Source: an uncultured Candidatus Saccharibacteria bacterium
GTDB taxonomy: Bacteria > Patescibacteriota > CPR2 > UBA1875 > CAIMLA01
NCBI GenBank assembly: GCA_964594415.1
Contig: CAZQLQ010000003.1
Span: 6,224-70,223 of the forward strand
Direction of reading: 5' to 3'
DNA length: 64,000 nucleotides
In this document: in pieces, positions 48,793 through 59,482 of the stretch
Layout: every line of letters begins with the position of its first letter
Position numbering within the stretch: position 1 is the stretch's first letter
Notes under the pieces: model-generated
What the model was told of the DNA's origin: nothing
What the model saw: the letters and a program-made list of their open reading frames with translations, nothing else
The model's database searches: none
Made by a program: the position numbers and the translations under genes

Positions 48793-51474
48793 TTATCTAT
48801 TATAGAAAAACGTTTTTATCTTCATAATAATATTCAGCGAAAGATCAAATAGTTTTTCAAAGAAATTCCTTTTATTTAAGTCAAGATTCTTATTCACTTC
48901 AACCCTATCTAACTGACAGTAAGATCCTTTTTTCTCGGCATTTGAATCTATAAAACTTCCTAATACTAGTTTCTCATTATTAATATTAGTAGCCTTATTG
49001 CTCGAAAGGGAATCAAAGCTGCTCTGTATTCCATTTGCTTTATTGCTTACTTCGCTATACCCAATCACTGTGTTTTTGTTTATATTAGTCTGCCTGATAA
49101 ATTGATTTTCCTTGTTCAATAGAAACTCAAGGCTTTCTTCTTCGCCAAATACAGCTATTCCTTTGTACAAAGAAGTATAATATTCATTATTAACTTCATT
49201 CATAAAAATACTTTCCATTTGATAGTCCCCATTATTGGTACCAATTAACACAACCTTGTAGACACCACTAAGAGGATTTGGAATTAATACAAATTCAGGC
49301 TCATTTGGATCATTACCAGAATAATATGCATTAGCTATTTCATTGTAAGTACTCTTTTCGTTAAAATTTGAACCAATCTTTTCGCCGTCAGGTGACAATA
49401 TATAAAAGTCTATTGGCGAATGAGCAATAAACATTACCGCTTCATGGATAGGCTTTAGTGAACAAGTCGCCTCCTTAACCACCCCTAGCTCTTTTAAAAT
49501 TAAATTAATTGATTTACTTGGCAATTCACCATGGGTAACATTTTCTAAAACTATATTTTTATTAAAAAAATAATTATTTGAATTAAATGGCACCGTGTCA
49601 TCTCCTTTACCGTACAGAACTCCTTTTGCTTTATTTTTAGAATAATAGTCTATAGGTTCCCCGTTTTCCCACAAAGGACTTTTATTACTTTTGCTTAAAC
49701 TCAAAACGAAGCCAGTGGTAGTATTATTACTATTATCTCCTATAATATTAGTAACTCTAATCTTTCGTTTTATTATAGTGCTTTTTGTATTGTCTAATTG
49801 CTCAAGAAATGCATTTGTCGGGTATAAGTCAGGATATTTCAATAGTGCTTCTCCATTATTGAACTTTAAGTAGTCAAAGATAGGAAGCAACTGAGGAAGT
49901 GAATCAATTCTATCTCTTATATAATAAAATAATTTATTTTTACCAGAGTATCCTTTAATATCAGCTTCCTCATAAAGTATTGCCTGTAAAACAGTACCTG
50001 TATTTCCTCCCATAAACTTCACGTCTCCTGCCTCCCATATTGGATAAGCTTTTGGAGCTCCAAGATGTGGAGTTCCGAGAAATATTATCTGATCTATATC
50101 GTTTTCATAATAATTGCTTTGTGCATAACTTCTAGTTACAAGTCCGCCCATACTATGAGCCACTATATCAACTTTTCTTGATCCAGTTATTCTTTTGACT
50201 TCGTCTATTTTTATTTTTAATAACTTTGCTGTTTCAGAATTATCGTTCCTCCAATTATAAGGGAAAACAAAAAGCATCTTGTCTTTCTCAAAACCGTTTC
50301 TATCTAGAGAATCTATTAGGCCATCATAAGTATCAAATATAGGATCTAGCTGTAGGCCCGATAACGGGTGAAGCGGATCGTGATAGCTCCCAAGTAAGCC
50401 AGGGACTATAATCACAGGATGCTTTTTAAGATATTCTGGATAAGCCGCAATCTCTCCGCTCTTCCATACGCCCTTAAGCCAGTTTGGATTTGGAGACCAA
50501 AGGAAGATATCTCCCGTTGAGATCGAAATATTACTAGAGTAATCGGGGGCTTTTACTGATTCCCACGACACCCCTCCATCTATGGAAAAATAAACTCTTT
50601 TATTTGCATTATACAACCCACCAGATAGAATTATCAGATTATTCTCTTCATCAGGGTTTTGAATAGCTGTATAAAAATAGTTTGGCTCATATCCAACACC
50701 TGTTTTTACAGATTTAAAAACGGACCATGTAAAACCATTGTTTTCGCTACAAGCAAAACCACCTAAACTGGTAGCACATATTTTGTTCTGGTTATTTTTA
50801 AAGAATATCATTGACGTAAGACCGGAGAGGGTGGCCTTTTCACCATCTAGTTTTTCCCACGATTTACCATCATCTATACTTCTATAAAGCCCAGGACTCT
50901 TAGTATTGTCTCCTGATTTTGATATATATAAATTTGAACTGTTTTCATCAAGAAATGCACTCATATAAGAGCTTCTTCCGGGCAAAGTTAAATTGCTCCA
51001 AAATATTCCGTCAGTTGAATAACAAATATTATTTAGATATACAACAAAGATTGAACCCGATTTATTTATCAAAATTTTGTCAATCGCTGTCTTCGGGGCA
51101 TTGCCTTCAATTCTTTTGAATGTTTTTGCATTATCATTTGAACGGTAAATTCCATTTGAACAAGCAGCCCAAAACTCATTATATATATTAGGACTTTTTA
51201 TAAACTGATTACAGTATCCAGTAGAGGGACTCATAGTAGCTTGAGACCAAGATCCTCCTCCGCTCTCAGTAATAAAAACTTTTCCTGCGTCTTCTGAGCC
51301 ATTAAGACTTAGTATCATTTTTTGGTTATCATTTGGATTAACATAAAAAGATCTGACATTTTTTGTGCCAAATCCAATTGATCCCCATTCAGCTGCAAAA
51401 GCCTTGTTTGGAATAATCACTATATAAAAAGCTACTAGAATTAGTAGCCACCCGACTTTTTTTATTCTGTCCAT
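48793..51474 (-). CDS. Secreted multidomain protein: signal peptide, BNR/Asp-box beta-propeller, alpha/beta-hydrolase (PGAP1-like lipase/esterase) and a C-terminal domain
   Basis: Signal peptide (LLILVAFYIVIIPNKAFAAEW). At least five Asp-box repeats (SxDxGxSW/TW: TESGGGSW, SIDDGKSW, SENNGFTW, SIDGGVSW). Lipase elbow AHSMGG within HPVIIVPGLLGS...GTPHLGAP. Confidence 0.7.
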   Translation of the reverse strand: MDRIKKVGWLLILVAFYIVIIPNKAFAAEWGSIGFGTKNVRSFYVNPNDNQKMILSLNGSEDAGKVFITESGGGSWSQATMSPSTGYCNQFIKSPNIYNEFWAACSNGIYRSNDNAKTFKRIEGNAPKTAIDKILINKSGSIFVVYLNNICYSTDGIFWSNLTLPGRSSYMSAFLDENSSNLYISKSGDNTKSPGLYRSIDDGKSWEKLDGEKATLSGLTSMIFFKNNQNKICATSLGGFACSENNGFTWSVFKSVKTGVGYEPNYFYTAIQNPDEENNLIILSGGLYNANKRVYFSIDGGVSWESVKAPDYSSNISISTGDIFLWSPNPNWLKGVWKSGEIAAYPEYLKKHPVIIVPGLLGSYHDPLHPLSGLQLDPIFDTYDGLIDSLDRNGFEKDKMLFVFPYNWRNDNSETAKLLKIKIDEVKRITGSRKVDIVAHSMGGLVTRSYAQSNYYENDIDQIIFLGTPHLGAPKAYPIWEAGDVKFMGGNTGTVLQAILYEEADIKGYSGKNKLFYYIRDRIDSLPQLLPIFDYLKFNNGEALLKYPDLYPTNAFLEQLDNTKSTIIKRKIRVTNIIGDNSNNTTTGFVLSLSKSNKSPLWENGEPIDYYSKNKAKGVLYGKGDDTVPFNSNNYFFNKNIVLENVTHGELPSKSINLILKELGVVKEATCSLKPIHEAVMFIAHSPIDFYILSPDGEKIGSNFNEKSTYNEIANAYYSGNDPNEPEFVLIPNPLSGVYKVVLIGTNNGDYQMESIFMNEVNNEYYTSLYKGIAVFGEEESLEFLLNKENQFIRQTNINKNTVIGYSEVSNKANGIQSSFDSLSSNKATNINNEKLVLGSFIDSNAEKKGSYCQLDRVEVNKNLDLNKRNFFEKLFDLSLNIIMKIKTFFYNR

Positions 51475-51556
51475 ACTTGAGTGTGGATTTTACCTCAAAA
51501 ATCCCTTTGCGTCAATAATTTTTCAGCAAATATTAAGCAAATTCTCAAATTTGAAA

Positions 51557-52582
51557 CTACTTTTCAGATCTAAATAACCCTAGTCTCCAAGCGCCTAAAA
51601 CGAGTACTAGCGCCACTCCAATGAGTATAAATAACGAATACCCGTCTGCAAGTTTAGTCGAAGTGATAGCTATTACCGAAAGGATCAAGCTTATACAATA
51701 AATAATGCAGGATGTTTGCTTGTGGGTATAGCCAAGCTTTAGAATTTTGTGATGAAGATGCGAAGCATCAGGCTCAAACGGGCTTTTGTGCTTAAGAAGC
51801 CTACGAATAATTGCAAAGGCGGTGTCTAGAATAGGAATCGCTAATATTAGGACGGGTAGAAGCATGGTAAAAGCCGTAGCTACTTTTACCATCCCCATAA
51901 TGGAGAAAACTGCCAAACTGTAACCCAGAAAGTTTGATCCAGCATCGCCCATAAATATCTTTTTGTTGTTTGAAAAATTATACGGAAGAAAAGCAAAAGC
52001 TGCCGCTCCTAGAGTAAACGCAAGAACTCCTGCGTCATAGCGCCCAAACATAAGCGCAACTATTGCTAATGTCCAAGACGCAATACCAGACACTCCTGCC
52101 GCAAGTCCATCGATTCCATCTATAAAGTTTACAGCATTCGTAATCCCGATTATCCAGAAAAAAGTAAGAGGCAAGGCAAGAAAACCAAGACTAAACACTG
52201 CTTCTTGTCCAGGATTTGTAATAAATTCAATCTGTACTCCTGAATATATAACCACCAACGCTGCAAGTATCTGACCAAAAAATTTGGTAAGCGGTGAAAA
52301 GTCAAAAATATCGTCAAAAAGACCTATACAAGTAATAATTGTAGCACCAATTAAATAACCGATAATCTCAGGCGAAGTCCTATTAAAAAATAGAATAGCT
52401 ACAAGAAAAGCAAAAAAAATAGCCACCCCTCCGCTTGAAGGGACGACATTGGAGTGAATTTTGCGACTTCCGGGAACATCAACCGCCCCGAATCTTGTAG
52501 AAAACTTGCGGGCGAACGGGGTAAGAAACAGAGTTCCTGCTGCCGCCAAAAGAGGTAATATAATTAGCTTCGGAGTAATCAT
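51557..52582 (-). CDS. Polyprenyl-phosphate N-acetylhexosamine-1-phosphate transferase (WecA/TagO/MraY family)
   Basis: NAVNFIDGIDGLAAG motif and about 10 TM helices; 341 aa. Confidence 0.8.
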   Translation of the reverse strand: MITPKLIILPLLAAAGTLFLTPFARKFSTRFGAVDVPGSRKIHSNVVPSSGGVAIFFAFLVAILFFNRTSPEIIGYLIGATIITCIGLFDDIFDFSPLTKFFGQILAALVVIYSGVQIEFITNPGQEAVFSLGFLALPLTFFWIIGITNAVNFIDGIDGLAAGVSGIASWTLAIVALMFGRYDAGVLAFTLGAAAFAFLPYNFSNNKKIFMGDAGSNFLGYSLAVFSIMGMVKVATAFTMLLPVLILAIPILDTAFAIIRRLLKHKSPFEPDASHLHHKILKLGYTHKQTSCIIYCISLILSVIAITSTKLADGYSLFILIGVALVLVLGAWRLGLFRSEK

Positions 52583-52628
52583 AACTGCGCCTCATTATAC
52601 ACCATATATGCCCTATTTGAAATAATAC

Positions 52629-53975
52629 TTAGACTTCTTGGCTAATGTGCCCGATCAGTAACCACCCCAAGAAAGATATTTGGTAAAACTGAAAGGTATC
52701 AATGAATAAGCCAAGTACGATATATGCTGCTATAGGGTAAAATAAAATGTTTTTATACTTTTTCTTTACCAAGTAATAAAAAAGTAAGAAATAAAGCCAC
52801 AATCCTACCGCTCCCTGTTGAGCATACACCTGAAGCCACTGGTTATCGGTATTTGCTACACCTACTACACCTCCTTGTACTCCTTCGCTATACGTCGGAC
52901 TAGCGGACCCATAAGCATATTCACCACCATAAGAACCGGACCCGTTGCCAAAAAGCATGTGATTTCTGTTTATATAAAACACATTTTTTATGGCCCAAAT
53001 ACGTCCCGAATCAGAAGAAAAAGAAGTATGTTCACCGCTCCAGATATTCGTTACACGTTTTTTAACACTTACCGGAGAAGCTATGAACAGCAAGACAACA
53101 ATGGCCACCGAATATAAAGCTAATCTATATTTCTTGTTAATTAATAAGTAGGCAAAAAATATTACAATTGCAGTAAACCATGCCCCTCTCGAGAAAGTTA
53201 GAAAAAAGGCTATCAATGGAAATATTAATGCCATAAACGATCTAATATCGTATTTCTTTTTTAATATAAGAAGTATCGAGGTAGCCATTATGAGTAATAA
53301 GTATCCAGCTAACGCATTGGGATTACCCATCGTACTCGTAGCCCGAGCTGAGATAAGCTCATAAGACTCTATCCAAGAAGAATACCCTGATACCCCTAAG
53401 AATAAATATATCGCAGCTAAAGACACAACATTAGCAATTCCTAGATTTATAAAAATAAATTTCTCAAAAGCTTTTTTATTATCTAAAACGACCTTTCCGA
53501 GAAAATAGAATCCTAAAAGTTGAAACCAAATAAAGATATCCAACATAATAGCGGTACGTAACCCATAAGCAATTACCGAACCAGCTGATGAGATAATTAT
53601 TGCCAGAAGAATTAATAATAAATATTTTTCAGTTTCGTTTTCTTTGTGGGTTTTGTTTATTTTCCCAAAAAAACAAGCCATAAGCATTAATGGTATGAAT
53701 ATAGTTAAAGCTTCTCCATTAGAAACAATGTTTGTTTTAAGCAGGAATTTTAGGGGTACAAACGAGGAAAGCAAAATTATTCCCCAAAAAGGACGATAAA
53801 AAGAAACAGAAAGAAGAACGAGAAATAATAAAGCTAGGCTAGAAAAACCCCAAAATAGATAAAATGCCAACCAAATTAGAACAAGAACAACCACCTGCAA
53901 AAAAACATTTAAGCGTAACTTATTTGCAATAAGAACAATTGACCTGTAAAGACAATCAAGAAAAGTATCTATCAT
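52629..53975 (-). CDS. O-antigen ligase / polymerase family (Wzy_C domain) membrane protein
   Basis: 448 aa with about 12 TM helices, a Wzy_C-like loop and a C-terminal periplasmic-like region. Confidence 0.6.
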   Translation of the reverse strand: MIDTFLDCLYRSIVLIANKLRLNVFLQVVVLVLIWLAFYLFWGFSSLALLFLVLLSVSFYRPFWGIILLSSFVPLKFLLKTNIVSNGEALTIFIPLMLMACFFGKINKTHKENETEKYLLLILLAIIISSAGSVIAYGLRTAIMLDIFIWFQLLGFYFLGKVVLDNKKAFEKFIFINLGIANVVSLAAIYLFLGVSGYSSWIESYELISARATSTMGNPNALAGYLLLIMATSILLILKKKYDIRSFMALIFPLIAFFLTFSRGAWFTAIVIFFAYLLINKKYRLALYSVAIVVLLFIASPVSVKKRVTNIWSGEHTSFSSDSGRIWAIKNVFYINRNHMLFGNGSGSYGGEYAYGSASPTYSEGVQGGVVGVANTDNQWLQVYAQQGAVGLWLYFLLFYYLVKKKYKNILFYPIAAYIVLGLFIDTFQFYQISFLGWLLIGHISQEV

Positions 53976-54376
53976 TTGCTAATTACTGGGGTAATGCTTA
54001 CAACATACCCTTCTGCCTCTAAAAGACCGTGAATCTTTACTCTTTGGTTTATCCCGATATGCTGCCCTTCAAACTGCACTTTATCGTCAGAATAGACTCC
54101 CTCACCAACAAACAATATATCAACTTTTTCTGTACTCACCTTTTTTATATTTAAAACTTTGCTTGTTTCAAGGGAGTTGCTAAAATATAGCTCGTTAATT
54201 TCATCAAGGTTATTACTTTCAACATCGCTGCCCACCGATACGACAACTTCTACTTCCAACTTCTGGCCTTCCCTTTCTATCTCTCCCGCAAAAAGGTATT
54301 GTTGAATTATAAAAATAACTCCTAATATTAGAATAAAAAGGGCCATGTAGTCATATTTTTCTAGTTTATTTTTCAT
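53972..54376 (-). CDS. Membrane-anchored hypothetical protein (134 aa)
   Basis: N-terminal TM helix. Overlaps both neighbours (by 11 nt and 4 nt), so it is co-translated within the glycopolymer operon. Confidence 0.5.
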   Translation of the reverse strand: MKNKLEKYDYMALFILILGVIFIIQQYLFAGEIEREGQKLEVEVVVSVGSDVESNNLDEINELYFSNSLETSKVLNIKKVSTEKVDILFVGEGVYSDDKVQFEGQHIGINQRVKIHGLLEAEGYVVSITPVISK

Positions 54377-55055
54377 TTGTAAATTTCTCCCTCAGAACCA
54401 AAAACACAAAACCAAAAAGATGTGGTAATCTTTCTAGCCTTTTAGGATCCTGAACCATTCTCCAAAGCCATTCAAGGCCGGTCAGTTGAAATACCTTAGG
54501 CGCTCTTTTGAATCTACCCGCAGCAACATCAAAAGCGCCACCCACTGTTATTGCGGTTATATCTAATTCTTGTTTTATCCTATTCACCAAATCAAGTTGT
54601 CTCTCAGTACCACCCATACCAACCAAAACTAATCTCGACTTGCTGCTCTTTATTTCTTCAAAAATTTTTTTGTCACTCTTGTCGTAGCCATCATGAATAC
54701 CAACGACATTAAGACCTCTTGCGGAATAATTCTTTTTTGCCATTTCTGCAACTTCACTACTGCCCCCCCACAGAAAGGTAGGAATTTCCTTCTTGCTCCT
54801 AATTAAGGATTCGACTAAATCAACCCCACTACACTTAGCTACATTGATTCCAAGGAGCTGAAGTCCCTTCCTGAGCCCTACACCATCTGCAACGAGAATA
54901 TCAGCGTCTTTGATTGGGTTAAGATACTTGGTATTTTTTGATGCCATATATATCATCTCGGCATGAGCTGTTATAACGGAAACCTGCTTATCGCCAAAGT
55001 CTTTCCAAAAATATTCTGGGTTAATATCTGTAAATTTTAGGCTTTTTATATTCAT
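54366..55055 (-). CDS. WecB/TagA/CpsF family (GT26) N-acetylmannosaminyltransferase-like glycosyltransferase
   Basis: GT26 signature: ILVADGVGL...FLWGGSSEVAEMA...VGMGGTERQ...LEWLWR. Confidence 0.75.
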   Translation of the reverse strand: MNIKSLKFTDINPEYFWKDFGDKQVSVITAHAEMIYMASKNTKYLNPIKDADILVADGVGLRKGLQLLGINVAKCSGVDLVESLIRSKKEIPTFLWGGSSEVAEMAKKNYSARGLNVVGIHDGYDKSDKKIFEEIKSSKSRLVLVGMGGTERQLDLVNRIKQELDITAITVGGAFDVAAGRFKRAPKVFQLTGLEWLWRMVQDPKRLERLPHLFGFVFLVLREKFTNEK

Positions 55056-55181
55056 ATTTTCCCTTTTACTTGCAATATTATAATGCTAAAAACGGTTTCT
55101 ATCAAACTGAAGCAAGATGAAAAAGGTTTAATTTGTGCTTATTTATTGTTAAAATAACTGAAGTTATTAATTAGGAGCTTT

Positions 55182-56276
55182 ATGAAAATTTGTATTATTT
55201 TAGGAACCAGGCCTGAGATTATTAAATGTGCGCCCGTTATCCGCGCCTTCCAAAAACAAAAGATACCTTTTATACTTGTGCACTCCGGCCAACATTACTC
55301 CTACGAAATGGACCAAATTTTTTTTGAAGAGCTAGAACTACCAAAACCAGATTATATGCTAGAGGTCGGCTCCGGTACTCATGCAAAGCAAACCGCAAAA
55401 ATCCTTGAGAGATTAGAAGATGTCTTAATCAAAGAAGACCCTGACGTAGTTTTAGTTCAAGGAGATACAAATACTGCAATTGCTGGCGCTTTAACTGCAG
55501 CAAAATTACATATAAAAGTAGGACATATTGAGGCCGGCCTCAGAAGTTATTTTCGTGAAATGCCGGAAGAATTAAACAGGCTGGTCGCAGATGTTTTGTC
55601 TGATTATCTGTTTACACCAACAGAAAATTCTAAAAAAATTCTTTTGGGTGAGGGATATCCAGTAGAAAAAGTATTCAACGTAGGAAATACGGTAGTTGAC
55701 GCTACCTTACAACATTTAGATATCGCCGAAAAGAATTCCAAAATACTTAAAGAACTATCCTTAACACCTAAAGAATTCTTCTTAGTAACTTCACATCGAC
55801 CTGAAAACGTTGATAACAAAGAAAGACTAAAAAGTATTTTGGAATCTCTAATAGAGGTAAGTAACAAATACAAGCTTACAGTAGTTTGGCCAATTCACCC
55901 AAGAACGCAAAAAATGATAGAAGAGTTTGGTTATAGTGGCCTACTAGGCAAAATACATAACCTTAAAATAATTAAACCCGTTGGTTATTTTGACTCACTA
56001 ATGCTTCAGAAAAATGCCAAGCTTGTACTCACAGACTCAGGCGGAATGCAAGAAGAGTCTTGTATGCTTGGAACCCCATCCGTAACACTAAGGGACAACA
56101 CCGAAAGACCAGAAAGTATTGAAGTAGGAGCAAGTATACTATCCGGCGTAGGAAAAGAAAATATAATTACATCCATAGAGGAAATGATCAATAAAAAATT
56201 TGACTGGGAAAATCCGTTTGGAAAAGGCGATACTGCGGAACAAATATTAGATATCTTGGAAAAAGATGAAAAATAG
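55182..56276 (+). CDS. UDP-N-acetylglucosamine 2-epimerase (non-hydrolysing; WecB/MnaA)
   Basis: MKICIILGTRPEIIKCAPVI...HSGQHY...HIEAGLRS are canonical Epimerase_2 motifs. Confidence 0.85.
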   Translation: MKICIILGTRPEIIKCAPVIRAFQKQKIPFILVHSGQHYSYEMDQIFFEELELPKPDYMLEVGSGTHAKQTAKILERLEDVLIKEDPDVVLVQGDTNTAIAGALTAAKLHIKVGHIEAGLRSYFREMPEELNRLVADVLSDYLFTPTENSKKILLGEGYPVEKVFNVGNTVVDATLQHLDIAEKNSKILKELSLTPKEFFLVTSHRPENVDNKERLKSILESLIEVSNKYKLTVVWPIHPRTQKMIEEFGYSGLLGKIHNLKIIKPVGYFDSLMLQKNAKLVLTDSGGMQEESCMLGTPSVTLRDNTERPESIEVGASILSGVGKENIITSIEEMINKKFDWENPFGKGDTAEQILDILEKDEK

Positions 56277-57540
56277 ATTTAAGGAAATTAGGAAAAGCCT
56301 ATTTATCAAAGAAGTTTTTTATCTTTTTATAATCTCCAGAATTGTTATTCTTTTTTTTGGTGCCACAGGAGATATAATATTTCCAAATCAGTCATATTAC
56401 TCATCTCAGGTAAAAAACATTTATATTGCTTCGCCTTGGTATAACGATGATCCTGAATATTATAACCAAATCGGTTTTCAAGACAAGCTTTTGTATTTTA
56501 ATGATTTTTCAAAGAAACTTGACCTAAACTTTTTATTCAGCAAAGAAAGATGGCACAGACTCGATGCCGGATGGTACGAGAACATCGTTATAAATGGCTA
56601 TGATAAAGTGAGTGCTCTTGAAGTCCACAATCCTACAAACTGGCCTTTTTATCCTTTATATCCGTTATCCGTAAAAGCCTTTGAAATAATTACTCTTAGC
56701 ACTATCCCCATACCATACGCAGGAATAATTGTTTCAAATATCTTTTTGTATTTTGGGTTGTTTTTTCTATACAAATTTACAAAAGAAAAATTTGGAGAAA
56801 ACGCCTCCTTCAAAACATTGTTCTACTTATTGCTTTTCCCTACTTCTATTTTTCTTTCTTTGATGTACACAGAAAGTCTTTTCTTGTGCCTAACGGCTGC
56901 CGGGTTTTATGCCATAGAAACAAAAAGATGGAAGACGGCAATAATTTTGGCTTCTCTTCTTACTGTAACCAGAACTGTTGGTATTCTATTCAGCTTGGTT
57001 CTTGCATGGGAATTTTTCAGAGAAAATAATTTTAAATTTAGAAGTTTATTTAAACAGAAGGTTACCTATTTATTCCTCGCTATCCCGCTTCCAATTCTTG
57101 CTTTTTACTATTACCTCTACACAATTAGCGGCTCTTTTACTGCTGCATTAGATGAAGTAGAAAATTGGGGAAGACCAAATATAAGCAATCCCATTAAGTA
57201 TTTGATTGAATATCTCCTAAACCCCTCTTTTTTTGGAACATGGCATTTCGGCTTTGTTGCTTTTTGTTGTGCTATTTTTGGGTTATTGATGACTTATTTT
57301 GTTTATAAGAAGCTAGGATTTGGTTATTTTATGTATTGCCTAATCTCAATATTAATACCAATAAGTTCCGGCTTAATCAGTTTTCCAAGATATTTACTAA
57401 GCATAACTCCAATTTTTATAGTTCTTGGAACTTATGGGGATAAAAACAAATATTTAGACACCCTGATTACTCTTTTTTCTGCAGGACTATTCTTGATATA
57501 TTTAATTGGATATGTGAACGGCTATTATTTCGTAGCTTAG
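56266..57540 (+). CDS. GT-C fold glycosyltransferase-like integral membrane protein (PIG-V/DUF2029-like), putative
   Basis: 424 aa with more than 10 TM helices. LDAGWYENIVINGY resembles the PIG-V mannosyltransferase motif. Overlaps the epimerase stop. Confidence 0.4.
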   Translation: MKNRFKEIRKSLFIKEVFYLFIISRIVILFFGATGDIIFPNQSYYSSQVKNIYIASPWYNDDPEYYNQIGFQDKLLYFNDFSKKLDLNFLFSKERWHRLDAGWYENIVINGYDKVSALEVHNPTNWPFYPLYPLSVKAFEIITLSTIPIPYAGIIVSNIFLYFGLFFLYKFTKEKFGENASFKTLFYLLLFPTSIFLSLMYTESLFLCLTAAGFYAIETKRWKTAIILASLLTVTRTVGILFSLVLAWEFFRENNFKFRSLFKQKVTYLFLAIPLPILAFYYYLYTISGSFTAALDEVENWGRPNISNPIKYLIEYLLNPSFFGTWHFGFVAFCCAIFGLLMTYFVYKKLGFGYFMYCLISILIPISSGLISFPRYLLSITPIFIVLGTYGDKNKYLDTLITLFSAGLFLIYLIGYVNGYYFVA

Positions 57541-58484
57541 TCGTTCTTTTTGGAGAACCCAATAGCATCTCTAACGACATAAAGAGGTCTATTTTGTGCT
57601 TCAGTATATATTCTCCCTATGTATTCACCGACAATTCCCAATATTATTAATTGGATTCCACCGATAAACAAAACAATTATAATAAGCGATGTCCACCCGG
57701 GTACGTTTGAAGATGGGGCTATTATCTTTTTGATTATTTCAAAGACTCCATAACAAAAGCCAATAAATGCTGCGACAAATCCTAAATAAGTGGATAACTT
57801 TAGAGGAACATACGAAAAGGCAGTTATGCCATCTAGAGCAAATTTAATCATTTTCTTTAGAGGATAATTTGTCACTCCAAATCTCCTTTCGTCCCGATCA
57901 AAATAAACAGCTGTTTGGTTAAAGCCACACCAGCTTGTAAGCCCTCTCATAAAGCGTGAATGTTCTCTGAGCTTAACCATTTCATCCACTACCTTCCTGT
58001 CCATAAGCCTAAAGTCACCCGTATCTAATGGTATGTCTATGTTCGCAAGCTTATTTATTGCTCTATAAAATAACCAAGCCGTGTACTTTTTAAAAATAGT
58101 GTCTTTTCTTGTTTTTCTGCGACCATATATAACATCAAAACCTTTTTGCCATTCTTTTACCATTTCCGGAATAACTTCTGGCTTATCTTGTAAATCTGCA
58201 TCCATAATAATAACCGCTTCACCAGAAGCATAGTCAAGTCCGGCAGTTATCGCTATCTGATGACCAAAATTTCTAGAAAAGTTCAAGACCTTAATAGCTT
58301 CGTCCTTTTTAGCAAGCTCTCTTAACATAGAAATGGAACTGTCTCTACTCCCGTCATTTATAAAGATAATCTCATAAGGCTTTTTAAAAGATTTCAAAAC
58401 TTCTGTGGATCTTTTATATACTTCCTCAATATTGCCTTCTTCGTTATATATTGGCAAAATTAACGTTAAATAGACTTTATTCAT
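57537..58484 (-). CDS. GT2 polyprenol-phosphate glycosyltransferase (GtrB/ArnC/DPM1-like)
   Basis: LTLILPIYNEEGNI...DGSRD...DADLQD catalytic motifs plus two C-terminal TM helices. Confidence 0.8.
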   Translation of the reverse strand: MNKVYLTLILPIYNEEGNIEEVYKRSTEVLKSFKKPYEIIFINDGSRDSSISMLRELAKKDEAIKVLNFSRNFGHQIAITAGLDYASGEAVIIMDADLQDKPEVIPEMVKEWQKGFDVIYGRRKTRKDTIFKKYTAWLFYRAINKLANIDIPLDTGDFRLMDRKVVDEMVKLREHSRFMRGLTSWCGFNQTAVYFDRDERRFGVTNYPLKKMIKFALDGITAFSYVPLKLSTYLGFVAAFIGFCYGVFEIIKKIIAPSSNVPGWTSLIIIVLFIGGIQLIILGIVGEYIGRIYTEAQNRPLYVVRDAIGFSKKND

Positions 58485-59482
58485 AGATTTTCTCCATTAT
58501 ATTTAAAACCATTAGGATGCCTTCTATGCCATTTTAGTGCCGTGGTTATAATATCATCAAGGCTTTTAATTTTTGGCTCCCAACCTAAAACGTCTTTTGC
58601 TTTTTTTAAAGAAGCACAGAGAATGGCAGCGTCGCCTTCTCTTCTTTCCTGCTCAACAACCTCAAATTCTTTGCCGGTTAGCTCTTTGACTTTATTGATA
58701 ATTTCTCTTACAGAATAACCCAATCCGTTTCCCAGATTAAAACAATCTGAATCGTTATTATTAAAAAGATAATCTATTCCCAACAAATGTGCATCAGCAA
58801 TATCATTTACATGAACATAGTCGCGTATGCATGTGCCATCCTTAGTTTTATAGTCGTTTCCAAATATTTTAATATCCTTTCTTTTTCCTTCGGCTGCTGA
58901 TATAACAAGCGGTATTAAGTGAGTTTCCGGCGAATGATCCTCTCCTATATCACCGCTTTCGTCAGCTCCTGCAGCATTAAAGTACCTAAAGGCCACATAT
59001 TTAAAATTAAAATTTCTATCATAAAAGTCCAGAGTCTGCTCAACAAGTAACTTTGTTAGACCATAAACATTTGTTGGATTTTTGGGACGTTCTTCTGTAA
59101 TAAATTCTTCTATTGGCTCTCCAAATATTGCGGCCGTAGAAGAAAAAATTATTTTGTATATCCTTCTTTCCCTCATTGCTTCTAATAAGTTTACGGTCCC
59201 TAGGAGGTTATTTTCAAAAAATTTAGTAGGTTCTTTCATTGAATCACCAGCCTCAATATAGGCAGCAAAATGCATTACAATATCTATCTTATCCAGTGCG
59301 CTCAGAATATCCTTTTTATTTAGCAAATTGCCAATAATCAGCTCTACGCCTTTTGGTAAAGACTCTTTATGGCCATTTTCAAGACTATCAAAAACTTTTA
59401 CGTTGTAGCCTTTTTTTATCAAAGCTTTAGTTGCGTGACTTCCGATATATCCTGCGCCACCAACTACTAATACGTTTTTCAT
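58481..59482 (-). CDS. galE: UDP-glucose 4-epimerase
   Basis: VVGGAGYIGSH Rossmann motif and the YxxxK catalytic dyad region; 333 aa. Confidence 0.85.
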   Translation of the reverse strand: MKNVLVVGGAGYIGSHATKALIKKGYNVKVFDSLENGHKESLPKGVELIIGNLLNKKDILSALDKIDIVMHFAAYIEAGDSMKEPTKFFENNLLGTVNLLEAMRERRIYKIIFSSTAAIFGEPIEEFITEERPKNPTNVYGLTKLLVEQTLDFYDRNFNFKYVAFRYFNAAGADESGDIGEDHSPETHLIPLVISAAEGKRKDIKIFGNDYKTKDGTCIRDYVHVNDIADAHLLGIDYLFNNNDSDCFNLGNGLGYSVREIINKVKELTGKEFEVVEQERREGDAAILCASLKKAKDVLGWEPKIKSLDDIITTALKWHRRHPNGFKYNGENL

